From NCBI GenBank assembly GCA_963704885.1, contig CAVPIB010000004.1, positions 800,001 through 864,000 on the forward strand: a stretch of 64,000 bases of DNA. The letters are read 5' to 3'. Positions 9,978 to 18,846 of the stretch are shown here, piece by piece. The stretch is from an uncultured Actinomycetes bacterium. GTDB taxonomy: Bacteria; Actinomycetota; UBA4738; HRBIN12. Position 1 is the first letter of the stretch; each line of letters opens with the position of its first letter. The notes under the pieces were generated by a model. The model was not told where the DNA came from, did not search any database, and saw only the letters and a program-made list of their open reading frames with translations. A program made the position numbers and the translations under genes.

Positions 9978-11135
9978 ATGCCCATCCCCGGTTCCCGGGT
10001 TCGCAAGAACCCCACAGCACTGGTCGCGTGCCTCGGAGTCGCAGCCCTGATGGCCGCGACGCTAGCCGGCCCCACCGCCCAAGCCGCGCCGAGGACCCGC
10101 CCCCACGTACGGGTGCTCGCGCCCGGCGTGGCACTCACGACGACCTTCGACCGGCGCGTTCCCCTGCGGACCCACGTGCTGTGGATCGACCCGTCCCAAG
10201 GCGCCTCGATCGGACTGACCATGGCCCAGGGCGGCCTGGGGGCCCTGCAACGGACGAGCGACATGGCGCGCGAGGCCGGAGCGCTAGCCGCGGTGAACGG
10301 CGATCTGCGGGGCGCCACCTCCGCCCGGCCCATCCACCCGTTCGCGCTGAACGGCGAGCTGGTCCAGACCTCACCCGTGCTCGGCGCCATGTTCTCGATC
10401 TCGGCCGACGGCTCCATGCGGATCGGTCGGCCGAACCAATACGTCAGGGTGATACAGATGAGCACGGACGAGACGTGGGCGATCGCCACCTGGAACCACG
10501 GACGACCCACGCCGGGCGAGATCACGGCGCACACAGGTATCGGCGGCGCGGCGGAGGCGCCGCGCCCCTTCACTTGCTCCGCGCGGCTGCTGTCATCGAG
10601 CCCTTCGATCGCGAGCGACGACGGCTCCACCCGCACGTATTCGGTCGATCAGACCGGGTGTTTCTCCGGCCGACTCCAACCGAACGGCGGCGTCGTGCTC
10701 TCGGCGGTCCCCACCACGGAGGAGGCGACCTTCATCCGTTCGCTCATCCCAGGCGAGGACATGAGGATCGACTGGTCGCTCGGCTGGGCGGGTGTGACCG
10801 ACGGCATCGGCGGGAGCCACATCCTGGTGCAGGACGGCGCGAACGCGCTGCACTCGTGCTCGGGCGCGATCTGCTCCCGCAACCCGCGTACCGGCATCGG
10901 CCTCATGCCGGACGGGCGCATCGTGCTCGTGGTGGTCGACGGTCGTCAGCGCGGCTCGGCAGGCATGTCGCTCGCCGAGCTCGCGAGCTTCTTCCTTCGC
11001 CTGGGCGCGACCTCCGCCATGAATCTTGACGGAGGCGGCTCCAGCACCATGGCGATCAAGGGACAGGTGGCGAACAACCCGTCCGACGGCCTCGAGCGAG
11101 CCGTGGCGAACGCGATCCTGATCTACGCGGGCTAG
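9978..11135 (+). CDS. Secreted phosphodiester glycosidase (NAGPA/DUF2233) family protein
   Basis: Signal peptide ending AQA; motifs AAVNGD, RNPRTGIG, VVVDGRQ..S.G and AMNLDGGGSS. The start is uncertain (9954/9969/9978). Confidence 0.85.
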   Translation: MPIPGSRVRKNPTALVACLGVAALMAATLAGPTAQAAPRTRPHVRVLAPGVALTTTFDRRVPLRTHVLWIDPSQGASIGLTMAQGGLGALQRTSDMAREAGALAAVNGDLRGATSARPIHPFALNGELVQTSPVLGAMFSISADGSMRIGRPNQYVRVIQMSTDETWAIATWNHGRPTPGEITAHTGIGGAAEAPRPFTCSARLLSSSPSIASDDGSTRTYSVDQTGCFSGRLQPNGGVVLSAVPTTEEATFIRSLIPGEDMRIDWSLGWAGVTDGIGGSHILVQDGANALHSCSGAICSRNPRTGIGLMPDGRIVLVVVDGRQRGSAGMSLAELASFFLRLGATSAMNLDGGGSSTMAIKGQVANNPSDGLERAVANAILIYAG

Positions 11136-11179
11136 CCGCGCACAACGAGTCGCCTGGCGTTCCCCCGTGAACGGGTCGC

Positions 11180-11647
11180 TCACGCGAGCGGCATCTGCAC
11201 CTCGGTCATGGGAACAACGCCCTCCGCGGGCTCGTTCAGGTACAGCTCGCGCGGCGGTCCGCTGACCCGCTCGCCATGCTCCTGCACCCAGCGGGTGAGC
11301 GCCTCGTACGCAGAGCTGAGCCCCTCGTACGGTCCCACGTGCACGGTGCACGCCACGCGACCGCCTTCCAGGGTGCCATGGTGCACGCTTCCTGAATCGA
11401 CCTTCCCCGCGACAGGGATCCCGAGCTCCAGGTCGATGGAACCCGAGGAGGGCATCTCGTGATAGATCGCGAACGGCATGCCCTCCATCGCTACGCCAGC
11501 CGCCTCCGCGGCTCGGGCGACCTCGCCGAAGCCCTCGCCGAACGCTTCACCGATAGTGGCCATCGGAACGCGCTCCCTGATCGTGGCGACGCGCTGGGTG
11601 GGCACCTCACGGATCTCGATCTTGTACGTCGTCGTCGTCATCGTCAT
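11180..11647 (-). CDS. GyrI-like small-molecule-binding protein
   Basis: VACTVHVGPYEGL..AY..L..W and PRELYL motifs; RBS gaaggagg. Confidence 0.85.
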   Translation of the reverse strand: MTMTTTTYKIEIREVPTQRVATIRERVPMATIGEAFGEGFGEVARAAEAAGVAMEGMPFAIYHEMPSSGSIDLELGIPVAGKVDSGSVHHGTLEGGRVACTVHVGPYEGLSSAYEALTRWVQEHGERVSGPPRELYLNEPAEGVVPMTEVQMPLA

Positions 11648-11691
11648 CGCCTCCTTCACCGCCATCCTTGCCGGCGACGGACACGGAGTAT

Positions 11692-11706
11692 GGGGCCGAC
11701 CGTCCC
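11692..11706 (-). promoter_or_regulatory. DosR/DevR-like box upstream of the GyrI-like gene
   Basis: GGGACGGTCGGCCCC on the minus strand, about 45 bp before the start. Confidence 0.35.
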
Positions 11707-11761
11707 GGCCCGTAGGGGCCCTTGAGGAGGCGTGGCAGGCCCTCGGTGGGGAGACCTGTGG

Positions 11762-13595
11762 TCAGTCCTTCGGCGGACGACCGCGCCTGCCCGCCTTCAC
11801 GCGATCCTGCTGAACCAGCAGGACCTTGCGCAGGCGGACGTGGTTCGGAGTGACCTCCACGCATTCGTCCTCGCGTATGAACTCCAGGGCCTGCTCCAGC
11901 GATAGCTCGCGCTTGGGGATCAGCCGTGTGAACTCCTCCGACGTGGACTGGCGCATGTTCGTGAGCTTCTTCTCCTTCGTGGGGTTCACGTCCATGTCCT
12001 CGCCGCGCGCGTTCTCCCCCACGATCATGCCCTCGTAGACCTCCTCGGTGGGGCCCACGAACATCGAACCGCGTTCCTGGAGCGTCTGGAGCGCGAACCC
12101 GGTGGTCACGCCGGACCGGTCGGCAACGAGCGAGCCGGTCGGACGCGTCCTGAGGTCGCCGTGCCACGGCTCGTACCCCTCGAAGACGTGGTGGAGCTGC
12201 CCCGTCCCCCGCGTCTCGGTCAGGAACTCCGTTCGGAACCCGATCAGACCCCGAGCCGGGACCAGGTGCTCCATGCGGATCCAGCCGGTGCCGTGGTTCA
12301 CCATGTTCTCCAGGCGTCCCCTGCGGAGCGCCAGCATCTGCGATACCACGCCCAGGTACTCCTCGGGCGCGTCGATCGCCACGCGCTCCACCGGCTCGTG
12401 GAGCGCCCCGCTGACCGTGCGCGTCACGACCTGCGGTTTGCCCACGGTCAGCTCGAACCCCTCGCGGCGCATCATCTCGACCAGGACCGCCAGCTGGAGC
12501 TCGCCGCGGCCCTGAACCTCCCAGCGATCAGGCCGGTCGGCCGCCAGCACACGGATGGATACGTTGCCAACGATCTCCTGGTCCAGGCGCCCCTTCACCA
12601 GGCGGGCCGTCATCTTGTCGCCGTCTTGGCCCGACAGCGGCGAGGTGTTGATGCCGATCGTCATGGAGAGGGAGGGCTCATCTACATGCGTGACGGGGAG
12701 CGGCCGCGGGTCGTCCAGGTCTGCGAGCGTCTCGCCGATAGTGATGTCCGCCATACCCGCAACCGCGATGATCTCGCCTGGCCCCGCTTCCTCCGCGTCC
12801 ACTCGATCGAGCGCTTCGGTCACGTAGAGCTCCCCGATCTTGGCCTGCTCGATCGAGCCGTCGGCCCTGCACCAAGCCACGGTCTGCCCGCGGCGGATGG
12901 TTCCGTGCCGCACGCGGCAGAGCGCGAGGCGTCCGAGGTACGGCGACGCGTCCAGGTTGGTCACCAACGCCTGCAGGGGGTGATCGTCGGCGTACTCGGG
13001 CGCGGGGATGTGATCGCGGAGCGCCTGGAACAGCGGCTCCAGGTCCTCGGCCAGATCGTCTGGGTCAGAGCCGCAACGTCCGGCCCTCGCGTTGCAGTAC
13101 AGGATCGGGAACTCGATGTGATGGTCCTCTGCCTCCAGGTCCAGGAACAACTGGTAGACCTCGTCGACCACCTCGGCGATGCGCGCGTCAGGTCGATCGA
13201 CCTTGTTCACCACCAGGATCACCGGCAGATGCGCCTCCAGCGACTTCCGCAGCACGAACCGCGTCTGAGGCAGCGGACCCTCGCTGGCGTCGACCAGGAG
13301 CAGCACACCGTCCACCATGGTCAGGCCCGCGCTCGACCTCACCGCCGAAGTCGGCGTGGCCCGGTGTGTCCACTATGTTGATCTTCAGGTCGCCGTGGCG
13401 AACGGCCGTGTTCTTGGCCAGGATCGTGATGCCCTTCTCACGCTCCAGGTCCATGGAATCCATGACCCGCTCGGCCACGTCCTGGTTCGCTCGGAACGCC
13501 CCAGACTGCCAGAGCATGGCGTCGACCAACGTGGTCTTGCCGTGGTCGACGTGCGCCACGATCGCCACGTTTCGGATGTCGTTGCGGAAGGGCAT
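11762..13595 (-). CDS. typA: Translational GTPase TypA/BipA (one apparent +1 indel near 13325, probably a sequencing error)
   Basis: [55 protein letters not shown] and RREGFE. The frame changes at cgcgggcctg. Confidence 0.95.
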
Positions 13596-13769
13596 GAGCG
13601 CACGGCTTTCCAGTCGAGGAACAGAGAGAGCGGCGCCGAATGGCGACGCAGGGGTCAGTGTACCGACTCCACGGATCGGGGCGGCTGTTCCAATATGGTG
13701 CGTGAGACCGGTAGTCATGAGTGTGGAAGAGTGGTACTCGTCGATGCGGGATAGTGGTACTGTGCTTGG

Positions 13770-15002
13770 GTGACCGGATACCGAAGACGAGCGATCGAGG
13801 ACCTGCTGAGCAGGCTGTTCGAAGAGCTGCCCGCGCTACTCGTCGTCGGCCCTCGAGCTACCGGCAAGACGACTACCTCGATCCGTCACGCAAGAACGGT
13901 GATACGGATGGACCGCCCCGCCGAGTCAGAGGCCATGAGGGCCGATCCCGACGCTGCACTCAGGGGTCTCGACGAGCCGGTGCTCATCGATGAGTGGCAA
14001 CTCGTCCCAGATGTCTTGGGAGCGGTCAAGCGTGCGGTGGATACGGATCCCCACCCAGGCAGGTACCTACTGACGGGATCGGTTCGAGCCGATCTCGATA
14101 CCGACACATGGCCTGGTACCGGTCGGCTCGTTCGGATACCTATGTTCGGGCTGACCATCAGGGAGCAGCTCGGGCGCCTAGACGGCGCTCCCTTACTCGA
14201 TCGGTTGACGGCGGGTCACGAACTCCAGACGCCCCCTGATCCCCCGGACCTCCGCGGGTATATCGAGCTCGCGCTCTCGAGTGGTTTTCCCGAACCGGCC
14301 CTTACGCTCTCGGAGGATGCCGGGATTCGGTGGCTTGAGAGCTACGTCGACCAACTCGTCACCAGGGATGCCGGCCAAGTCGAACAGGGCCGGGACCCTA
14401 CCCGACTCCGACGCTACCTGGAGGCTTTCGCGTTAGGTTCCGCGGGAACCGTCGAGGACAAGACCCTGTTCGAAGCCGCCGGTGTCAACCGGAAGACCGC
14501 GATCGCGTACGAGCGGCTCCTCACGAACCTCCTCGTTATCGAGGGGATCCCCGCCTGGACGTCTAACAGGCTGAAGCGCCTGGTCCTATCACCCAAGCGC
14601 TACCTCGTCGACGCTGGGCTCTTCGCCGGCATCCTTCGCGTCGACGCGCAGGCCGTGCTTCAGGACGGTGACCTTCTGGGACGAGTCCTAGACACATTCG
14701 TGGCCGCACATCTTCGCAGCGAGCTCCCCTTCACCGAGACCCGCCCTAGGTTGTTCCATCTCCGGACGCATCAGGGCCGCCACGAGGTCGACCTCGTCGC
14801 CGAGCTCGCCGGAGGCGGGATAGTGGGGATCGAGGTGAAGGCGAACGCCGCCCCGAAGCGTGAGGCGGCTCGGCACCTGGCGTGGCTCCGCGAAGAGCTG
14901 GGCGACCACTTCATCGCCGGGGTGGTGCTCCATACAGGCCCTCGGGTCTACACGCTCGGCGAACGGATCGTCGCCGCGCCCATCTGCACACTGTGGGCCT
15001 GA
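13770..15002 (+). CDS. AAA_14 ATPase with DUF4143 C-terminal domain
   Basis: Walker [10 protein letters not shown], Walker B LIDEWQ, LLTGS, GFPE, PKRYLVD and the PD-(D/E)xK-like EVDLV...IEVK. Confidence 0.9.
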   Translation: MTGYRRRAIEDLLSRLFEELPALLVVGPRATGKTTTSIRHARTVIRMDRPAESEAMRADPDAALRGLDEPVLIDEWQLVPDVLGAVKRAVDTDPHPGRYLLTGSVRADLDTDTWPGTGRLVRIPMFGLTIREQLGRLDGAPLLDRLTAGHELQTPPDPPDLRGYIELALSSGFPEPALTLSEDAGIRWLESYVDQLVTRDAGQVEQGRDPTRLRRYLEAFALGSAGTVEDKTLFEAAGVNRKTAIAYERLLTNLLVIEGIPAWTSNRLKRLVLSPKRYLVDAGLFAGILRVDAQAVLQDGDLLGRVLDTFVAAHLRSELPFTETRPRLFHLRTHQGRHEVDLVAELAGGGIVGIEVKANAAPKREAARHLAWLREELGDHFIAGVVLHTGPRVYTLGERIVAAPICTLWA

Positions 15003-15106
15003 GCAAATCTCGACCCCGATCCCGGACTGGTTTGACGCCCCGATGCCCAGGTGGCTACTGTCGGCGTCAGGACCATCGGGATCGGACGAAGGGGAAGGTG
15101 ACGCAG

Positions 15107-16228
15107 ATGCGGCAGGGGATCATCGCCAAGCGGACGTTTACCAGCAGGGTGTTGTCTACGCTCATGGTTGCAGCGGGGTTGATCGCGTGGAGCGCGGGGC
15201 CGGCCGCGGCCACCGTCTTCTCCAACACAGCCGCGATCACGATCCCGTCGACCGCAGCGGCGGCCGCGGCACCGTACCCCTCACCGATCTCTGTCTCCGG
15301 ACTCAACGGAACCATCGTGGATGTGAACGTCACGCTGGCGGGTCTCAGCCATACATTCCCGGACGATATCGACGTCCTTCTCGTCGGCCCCTTGGGCCAG
15401 AACGTGGTCCTGATGGCCGATGTCGGCTCGAGCCTTGACGTGACCTCAATCAACCTCGCTTTCGACGACGCCGCCGCCGCATCCTTGCCTGGCGCTGCGC
15501 AGATCGTCGCCGGTACGTTCAAGCCGACGGTCGACGTCGGCGGCGGATTCATCGGGATCGTGCCGGCTCCGATGCCTCCGTACGGAACGACCCTGTCGGT
15601 GTTCAACGGGACGGCTCCCAACGGCACCTGGAACCTGTTCGTCTACGACGACGCGCACCTCGATGGCGGATCGATATCCGGGGGCTGGAGCCTGGATATC
15701 CTCGCGACACCCACGATCACGTCGACTTCGCCCGCCAGGGGGATGGTCGGCGATGCCGTGGTCATCACGGGAACGAGCTTGACCGGAACGTCGGCGCTGA
15801 GCTTCGACGGGATCCCTGCCGTGTCGTTCACGGTGGACTCCGCGACCCAGGTCACGGCGACGGTTCCGGCCGGCGCCACCACTGGCCCCATCTCATTGAC
15901 GACTCCGGGCGGCACGACGGCGAGCGCCACCGACTTCGTGGTCAAGCATCCGAGGGACGTTTCCCTCGCCTTCGCCGGCAACAAGGCCAAGGGGAAGGTG
16001 AGTGTCACCGACGGGTTCACGGATTGCGGGTCTGGCGTCCCTGTCAAGGTGCAGCGCCTGAAGAAGGGCAACTGGAAGACGGTGGGATCAACGCTCACGA
16101 AGGCGGACGGCACCTACAAGGTTCCCGGCCTGACCGACTCGGGCAAGTACCGCACCGTCGCGAAGAAGACCAAGCTTTCCTCGGGCGACGTGTGCGTGAA
16201 GGACATCTCCCCGAAGGTCAAGAAGTAG
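15107..16228 (+). CDS. Secreted protein: proprotein-convertase P-like domain + IPT/TIG + di-Cys C-terminal domain
   Basis: Signal peptide ending PAAA; PYPS.I.VSG, LSHTFPDDIDVLLVGP and NGTWNL.V.D...DGGSI.GGWSL; a PTITS..P..G..G..V.ITG TIG repeat. Confidence 0.8.
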   Translation: MRQGIIAKRTFTSRVLSTLMVAAGLIAWSAGPAAATVFSNTAAITIPSTAAAAAAPYPSPISVSGLNGTIVDVNVTLAGLSHTFPDDIDVLLVGPLGQNVVLMADVGSSLDVTSINLAFDDAAAASLPGAAQIVAGTFKPTVDVGGGFIGIVPAPMPPYGTTLSVFNGTAPNGTWNLFVYDDAHLDGGSISGGWSLDILATPTITSTSPARGMVGDAVVITGTSLTGTSALSFDGIPAVSFTVDSATQVTATVPAGATTGPISLTTPGGTTASATDFVVKHPRDVSLAFAGNKAKGKVSVTDGFTDCGSGVPVKVQRLKKGNWKTVGSTLTKADGTYKVPGLTDSGKYRTVAKKTKLSSGDVCVKDISPKVKK

Positions 16229-16264
16229 GAGGAGCCCCGGGGTGGGCTTGGATCCAAGTCCACC

Positions 16265-17479
16265 CTAGGGGCAGCGGAGGGTGAAACCGCCGCCTGCGTC
16301 AACGCTGCAGGTGTCGACGCCTGGTCCGCCTGTGAGCGCGTCGTAGTCGGCGCCTCCCGACAGGACATCGGCGCCGTTGTCGCCCTGCAGGTCGTCGTTG
16401 CCCTCCCCGCCCATGAGGGTGTCGTTGCCGGGACCGCCGATCAGCAGGTCGCTCCCGCCTGCGCCGTCGATCAGATCGTCGCCCCCACGTCCGCAGATGA
16501 CATCGTCCCCGTCCGTGCCGGTCAGCACGTCGGGTCCGCTCGTGCCGGCGATGGTGCAGACGGGCACGGGCTCCCAGCTGGGCGCCAGGTCCGACCCGGG
16601 GTCGTCCGTCACCTGCACCCGCGACGTGCCGTCTGCGTTCATCACGTAGATGTCGCGGTTCCCCCCGCCCGAGGGGAACCCAACGTAGGCGATGCGCGAA
16701 CCATCCGGCGACCACACCGGATGCGACTCGTCATCCGCTGAGAGCGTGATGTTGGTGGCGCCCGAGCCGTCGGCGTTCATCACGAAGACGTCGGAGTTAC
16801 CGCTATCGCAACACCGCTCGAACGCGATCCGCGAGCCGTCCGGCGACCAGGTCGGGCTGCCGTCGATCAGATCGTCGTTGGTCAGACGCTTGAGACCGCT
16901 GCCGTCGGCGGCCACCGTGTAGATGTCGGGGAACCCGCCCGCCCGCGTGCTGGCGAACGCGATCTTCTTGCCGTCAGGCGACCATGCGGGTGACAGGTCG
17001 TCGCCGTTCGGCGGAGCGGTGATCCGTGTGCGATCGGTCCCGTCGGCGTTCATCACGAACAGGTGGAAGGGACCCGCGGACGAAAGTCGGGCGATGAACG
17101 CGATACGGGTGGCGTCGGGCGACCACGCAGGTTGGCGTTCCGCCAGGGTCGAGGTGGTGAGACGCGAGCCCCCCTTCCCGTCGGCGTTCATCACGAAGAC
17201 GTCGGGACGGCCTCCAGGGCGAAGGGCTCGGACGTACGCGATCCGCTCCCCGTCCGGCGACCAGGCGGGATCCATCTCCTGGCTGGCGCTCCGCGAGATG
17301 TTCACGGGCGAGGATCCGTCCGCCTCCACCGAGTAGATCTGAGGGTTGCCGTCCCTGGTGCTGCGGAACGCGATCCTCCCGTCGCTGGCCGGGAACCCTG
17401 CCCACGCCGGAGCCGCCGGGAGCAGGAACCCAGCCGTGACCAGCAAGGCGCACAGCAGGAGCAACGGTCGACGCGGCAT
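16265..17479 (-). CDS. Secreted TolB-like PD40 beta-propeller with C-terminal RTX Ca-binding repeats
   Basis: Signal peptide ending AWA; five P.WSPD(G/A)..IA(F/Y) repeats; CTIAGT.G.D.L.GT.G.DVICG followed by GGxGxD nonamers. Confidence 0.88.
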   Translation of the reverse strand: MPRRPLLLLCALLVTAGFLLPAAPAWAGFPASDGRIAFRSTRDGNPQIYSVEADGSSPVNISRSASQEMDPAWSPDGERIAYVRALRPGGRPDVFVMNADGKGGSRLTTSTLAERQPAWSPDATRIAFIARLSSAGPFHLFVMNADGTDRTRITAPPNGDDLSPAWSPDGKKIAFASTRAGGFPDIYTVAADGSGLKRLTNDDLIDGSPTWSPDGSRIAFERCCDSGNSDVFVMNADGSGATNITLSADDESHPVWSPDGSRIAYVGFPSGGGNRDIYVMNADGTSRVQVTDDPGSDLAPSWEPVPVCTIAGTSGPDVLTGTDGDDVICGRGGDDLIDGAGGSDLLIGGPGNDTLMGGEGNDDLQGDNGADVLSGGADYDALTGGPGVDTCSVDAGGGFTLRCP

Positions 17480-17634
17480 GGCTCCGACCCTACAAGAACA
17501 ACGTCAGAGGGACTGAGGATTTCGGCCGTTCCGTGCCGATATGGGGGCCGAGGGGCATTCACACGCAGTGAAGCCGAGGGCCGTCGAGCGTTCCCGCGCG
17601 CGGGACCAGCTCGACATGAAGGGAGGAAGCCTCT

Positions 17635-18765
17635 GTGAGGTTCCCAGGTAAGAAGTCACCCGTGCGTGTCACCGCGTCGGCGGTCGCATTGGGCCTGGTG
17701 GCGGTACTGATCACGGCCGCACCGGCTTGGGCGGCCGCAGCCGTCACGTCGTTCACCCCGGTCTGTGGCGTCGTCGGGACCCCCGTCACGCTCACCGGCA
17801 CCGGCTTCACCGGCTCCACCGCAGTGACGTTCCCGGGCGCCATCGACCAGAGCACGCTCACGGGACTCACCGACACCTCCGTAACCGCCGCGGTTCCGGT
17901 TGGGGCCACCGGTAGCGGCACCCTGACGGTCGTGAACGCAGGCGGAGACGGCGTCAGCGCGACATCGTTCACCGTCGCCACCGCTGCGGCCGCGACGATC
18001 ACCTCGTTCGCTCCCACGAGCGGCCTGGTCGGGGCGTCGGTCGTCATCACGGGTACCGGCTTCTGCGGCTCGAGCGTGGTCAAGTTCAACACCACGGATG
18101 CAACGGCGTTCACGGTTAACTCCGACACCCAGATCACGGCGACCGTCCCGGTTGGGGCAGCCACCGGCAAGATCAGCGTGACGAACACGATAGGCACCGT
18201 GATCAGCACGGCGGACTTCTCCGTCGTCGGGATCCCGACGATCACCTCGTTCACGCCGACGATCGGCGACCTGGGAACGGCGGTGACCCTGACGGGCACC
18301 AACTTCACCGGGACCACGTCGGTCAAGTTCAACGGAACGTCCGCGACGTTCACCATCGTCTCGGATACGTCGATCACTACCGCGGTCCCCATCGCGGCGA
18401 CGAGCGGGGCGATCAGCGTGTCCAACCCTGCCGGCACCGCCACGAGCGTGGCCCTATTCACCGTCGGATCCGCGGAACACACCCGCTCGGTCACGTTCTC
18501 CTACAAGAAGACCAAGGCCTCCGGTCATGTCGGCGTAGGTGACTCCGCAACCTCCTGCGTCGCGTTCGTTCCTGTCTACATCCAGATGCGAAAGAACGGG
18601 GCCTGGAGGTTGCTGGACACCACGGCGACCAACGCGAGCGGGAACTACAAGACCTGGGTCCCGAACAAGTCGGGCAAGTTCCGGGCGCAGGTGCAGGCGT
18701 GGGATCTGCCGGACGGCAGCACCTGCCAGGCCGACAACTCCCCCACCGTGAAGCACAAGAAGTAG
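17635..18765 (+). CDS. Secreted IPT/TIG-repeat protein with di-Cys C-terminal domain
   Basis: Signal peptide ending AWA; three TSF.P..G..G..V..TGT.F repeats; C-terminus homologous to that of 15107..16228. Confidence 0.82.
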   Translation: MRFPGKKSPVRVTASAVALGLVAVLITAAPAWAAAAVTSFTPVCGVVGTPVTLTGTGFTGSTAVTFPGAIDQSTLTGLTDTSVTAAVPVGATGSGTLTVVNAGGDGVSATSFTVATAAAATITSFAPTSGLVGASVVITGTGFCGSSVVKFNTTDATAFTVNSDTQITATVPVGAATGKISVTNTIGTVISTADFSVVGIPTITSFTPTIGDLGTAVTLTGTNFTGTTSVKFNGTSATFTIVSDTSITTAVPIAATSGAISVSNPAGTATSVALFTVGSAEHTRSVTFSYKKTKASGHVGVGDSATSCVAFVPVYIQMRKNGAWRLLDTTATNASGNYKTWVPNKSGKFRAQVQAWDLPDGSTCQADNSPTVKHKK

Positions 18766-18789
18766 TCGGCAGCGGTTCCTGCGACGAAC

Positions 18790-18817
18790 AGGGCCGGCCC
18801 CTTCGGGGCCGGCCCTT
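18790..18817. terminator. Bidirectional intrinsic terminator between convergent genes
   Basis: agggccggccc-cttcg-gggccggccct hairpin. Confidence 0.8.
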
Positions 18818-18846
18818 TCGCGTTCCGTGCGGCTAGGTGCCGTCGC

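Noticed and set aside
13320-13335. Frameshift in typA as programmed frameshifting or pseudogene
   Set aside because: A single extra G in a short run within an otherwise intact conserved gene. The same pattern occurs near 52127 and 54238, so sequencing error is most likely.
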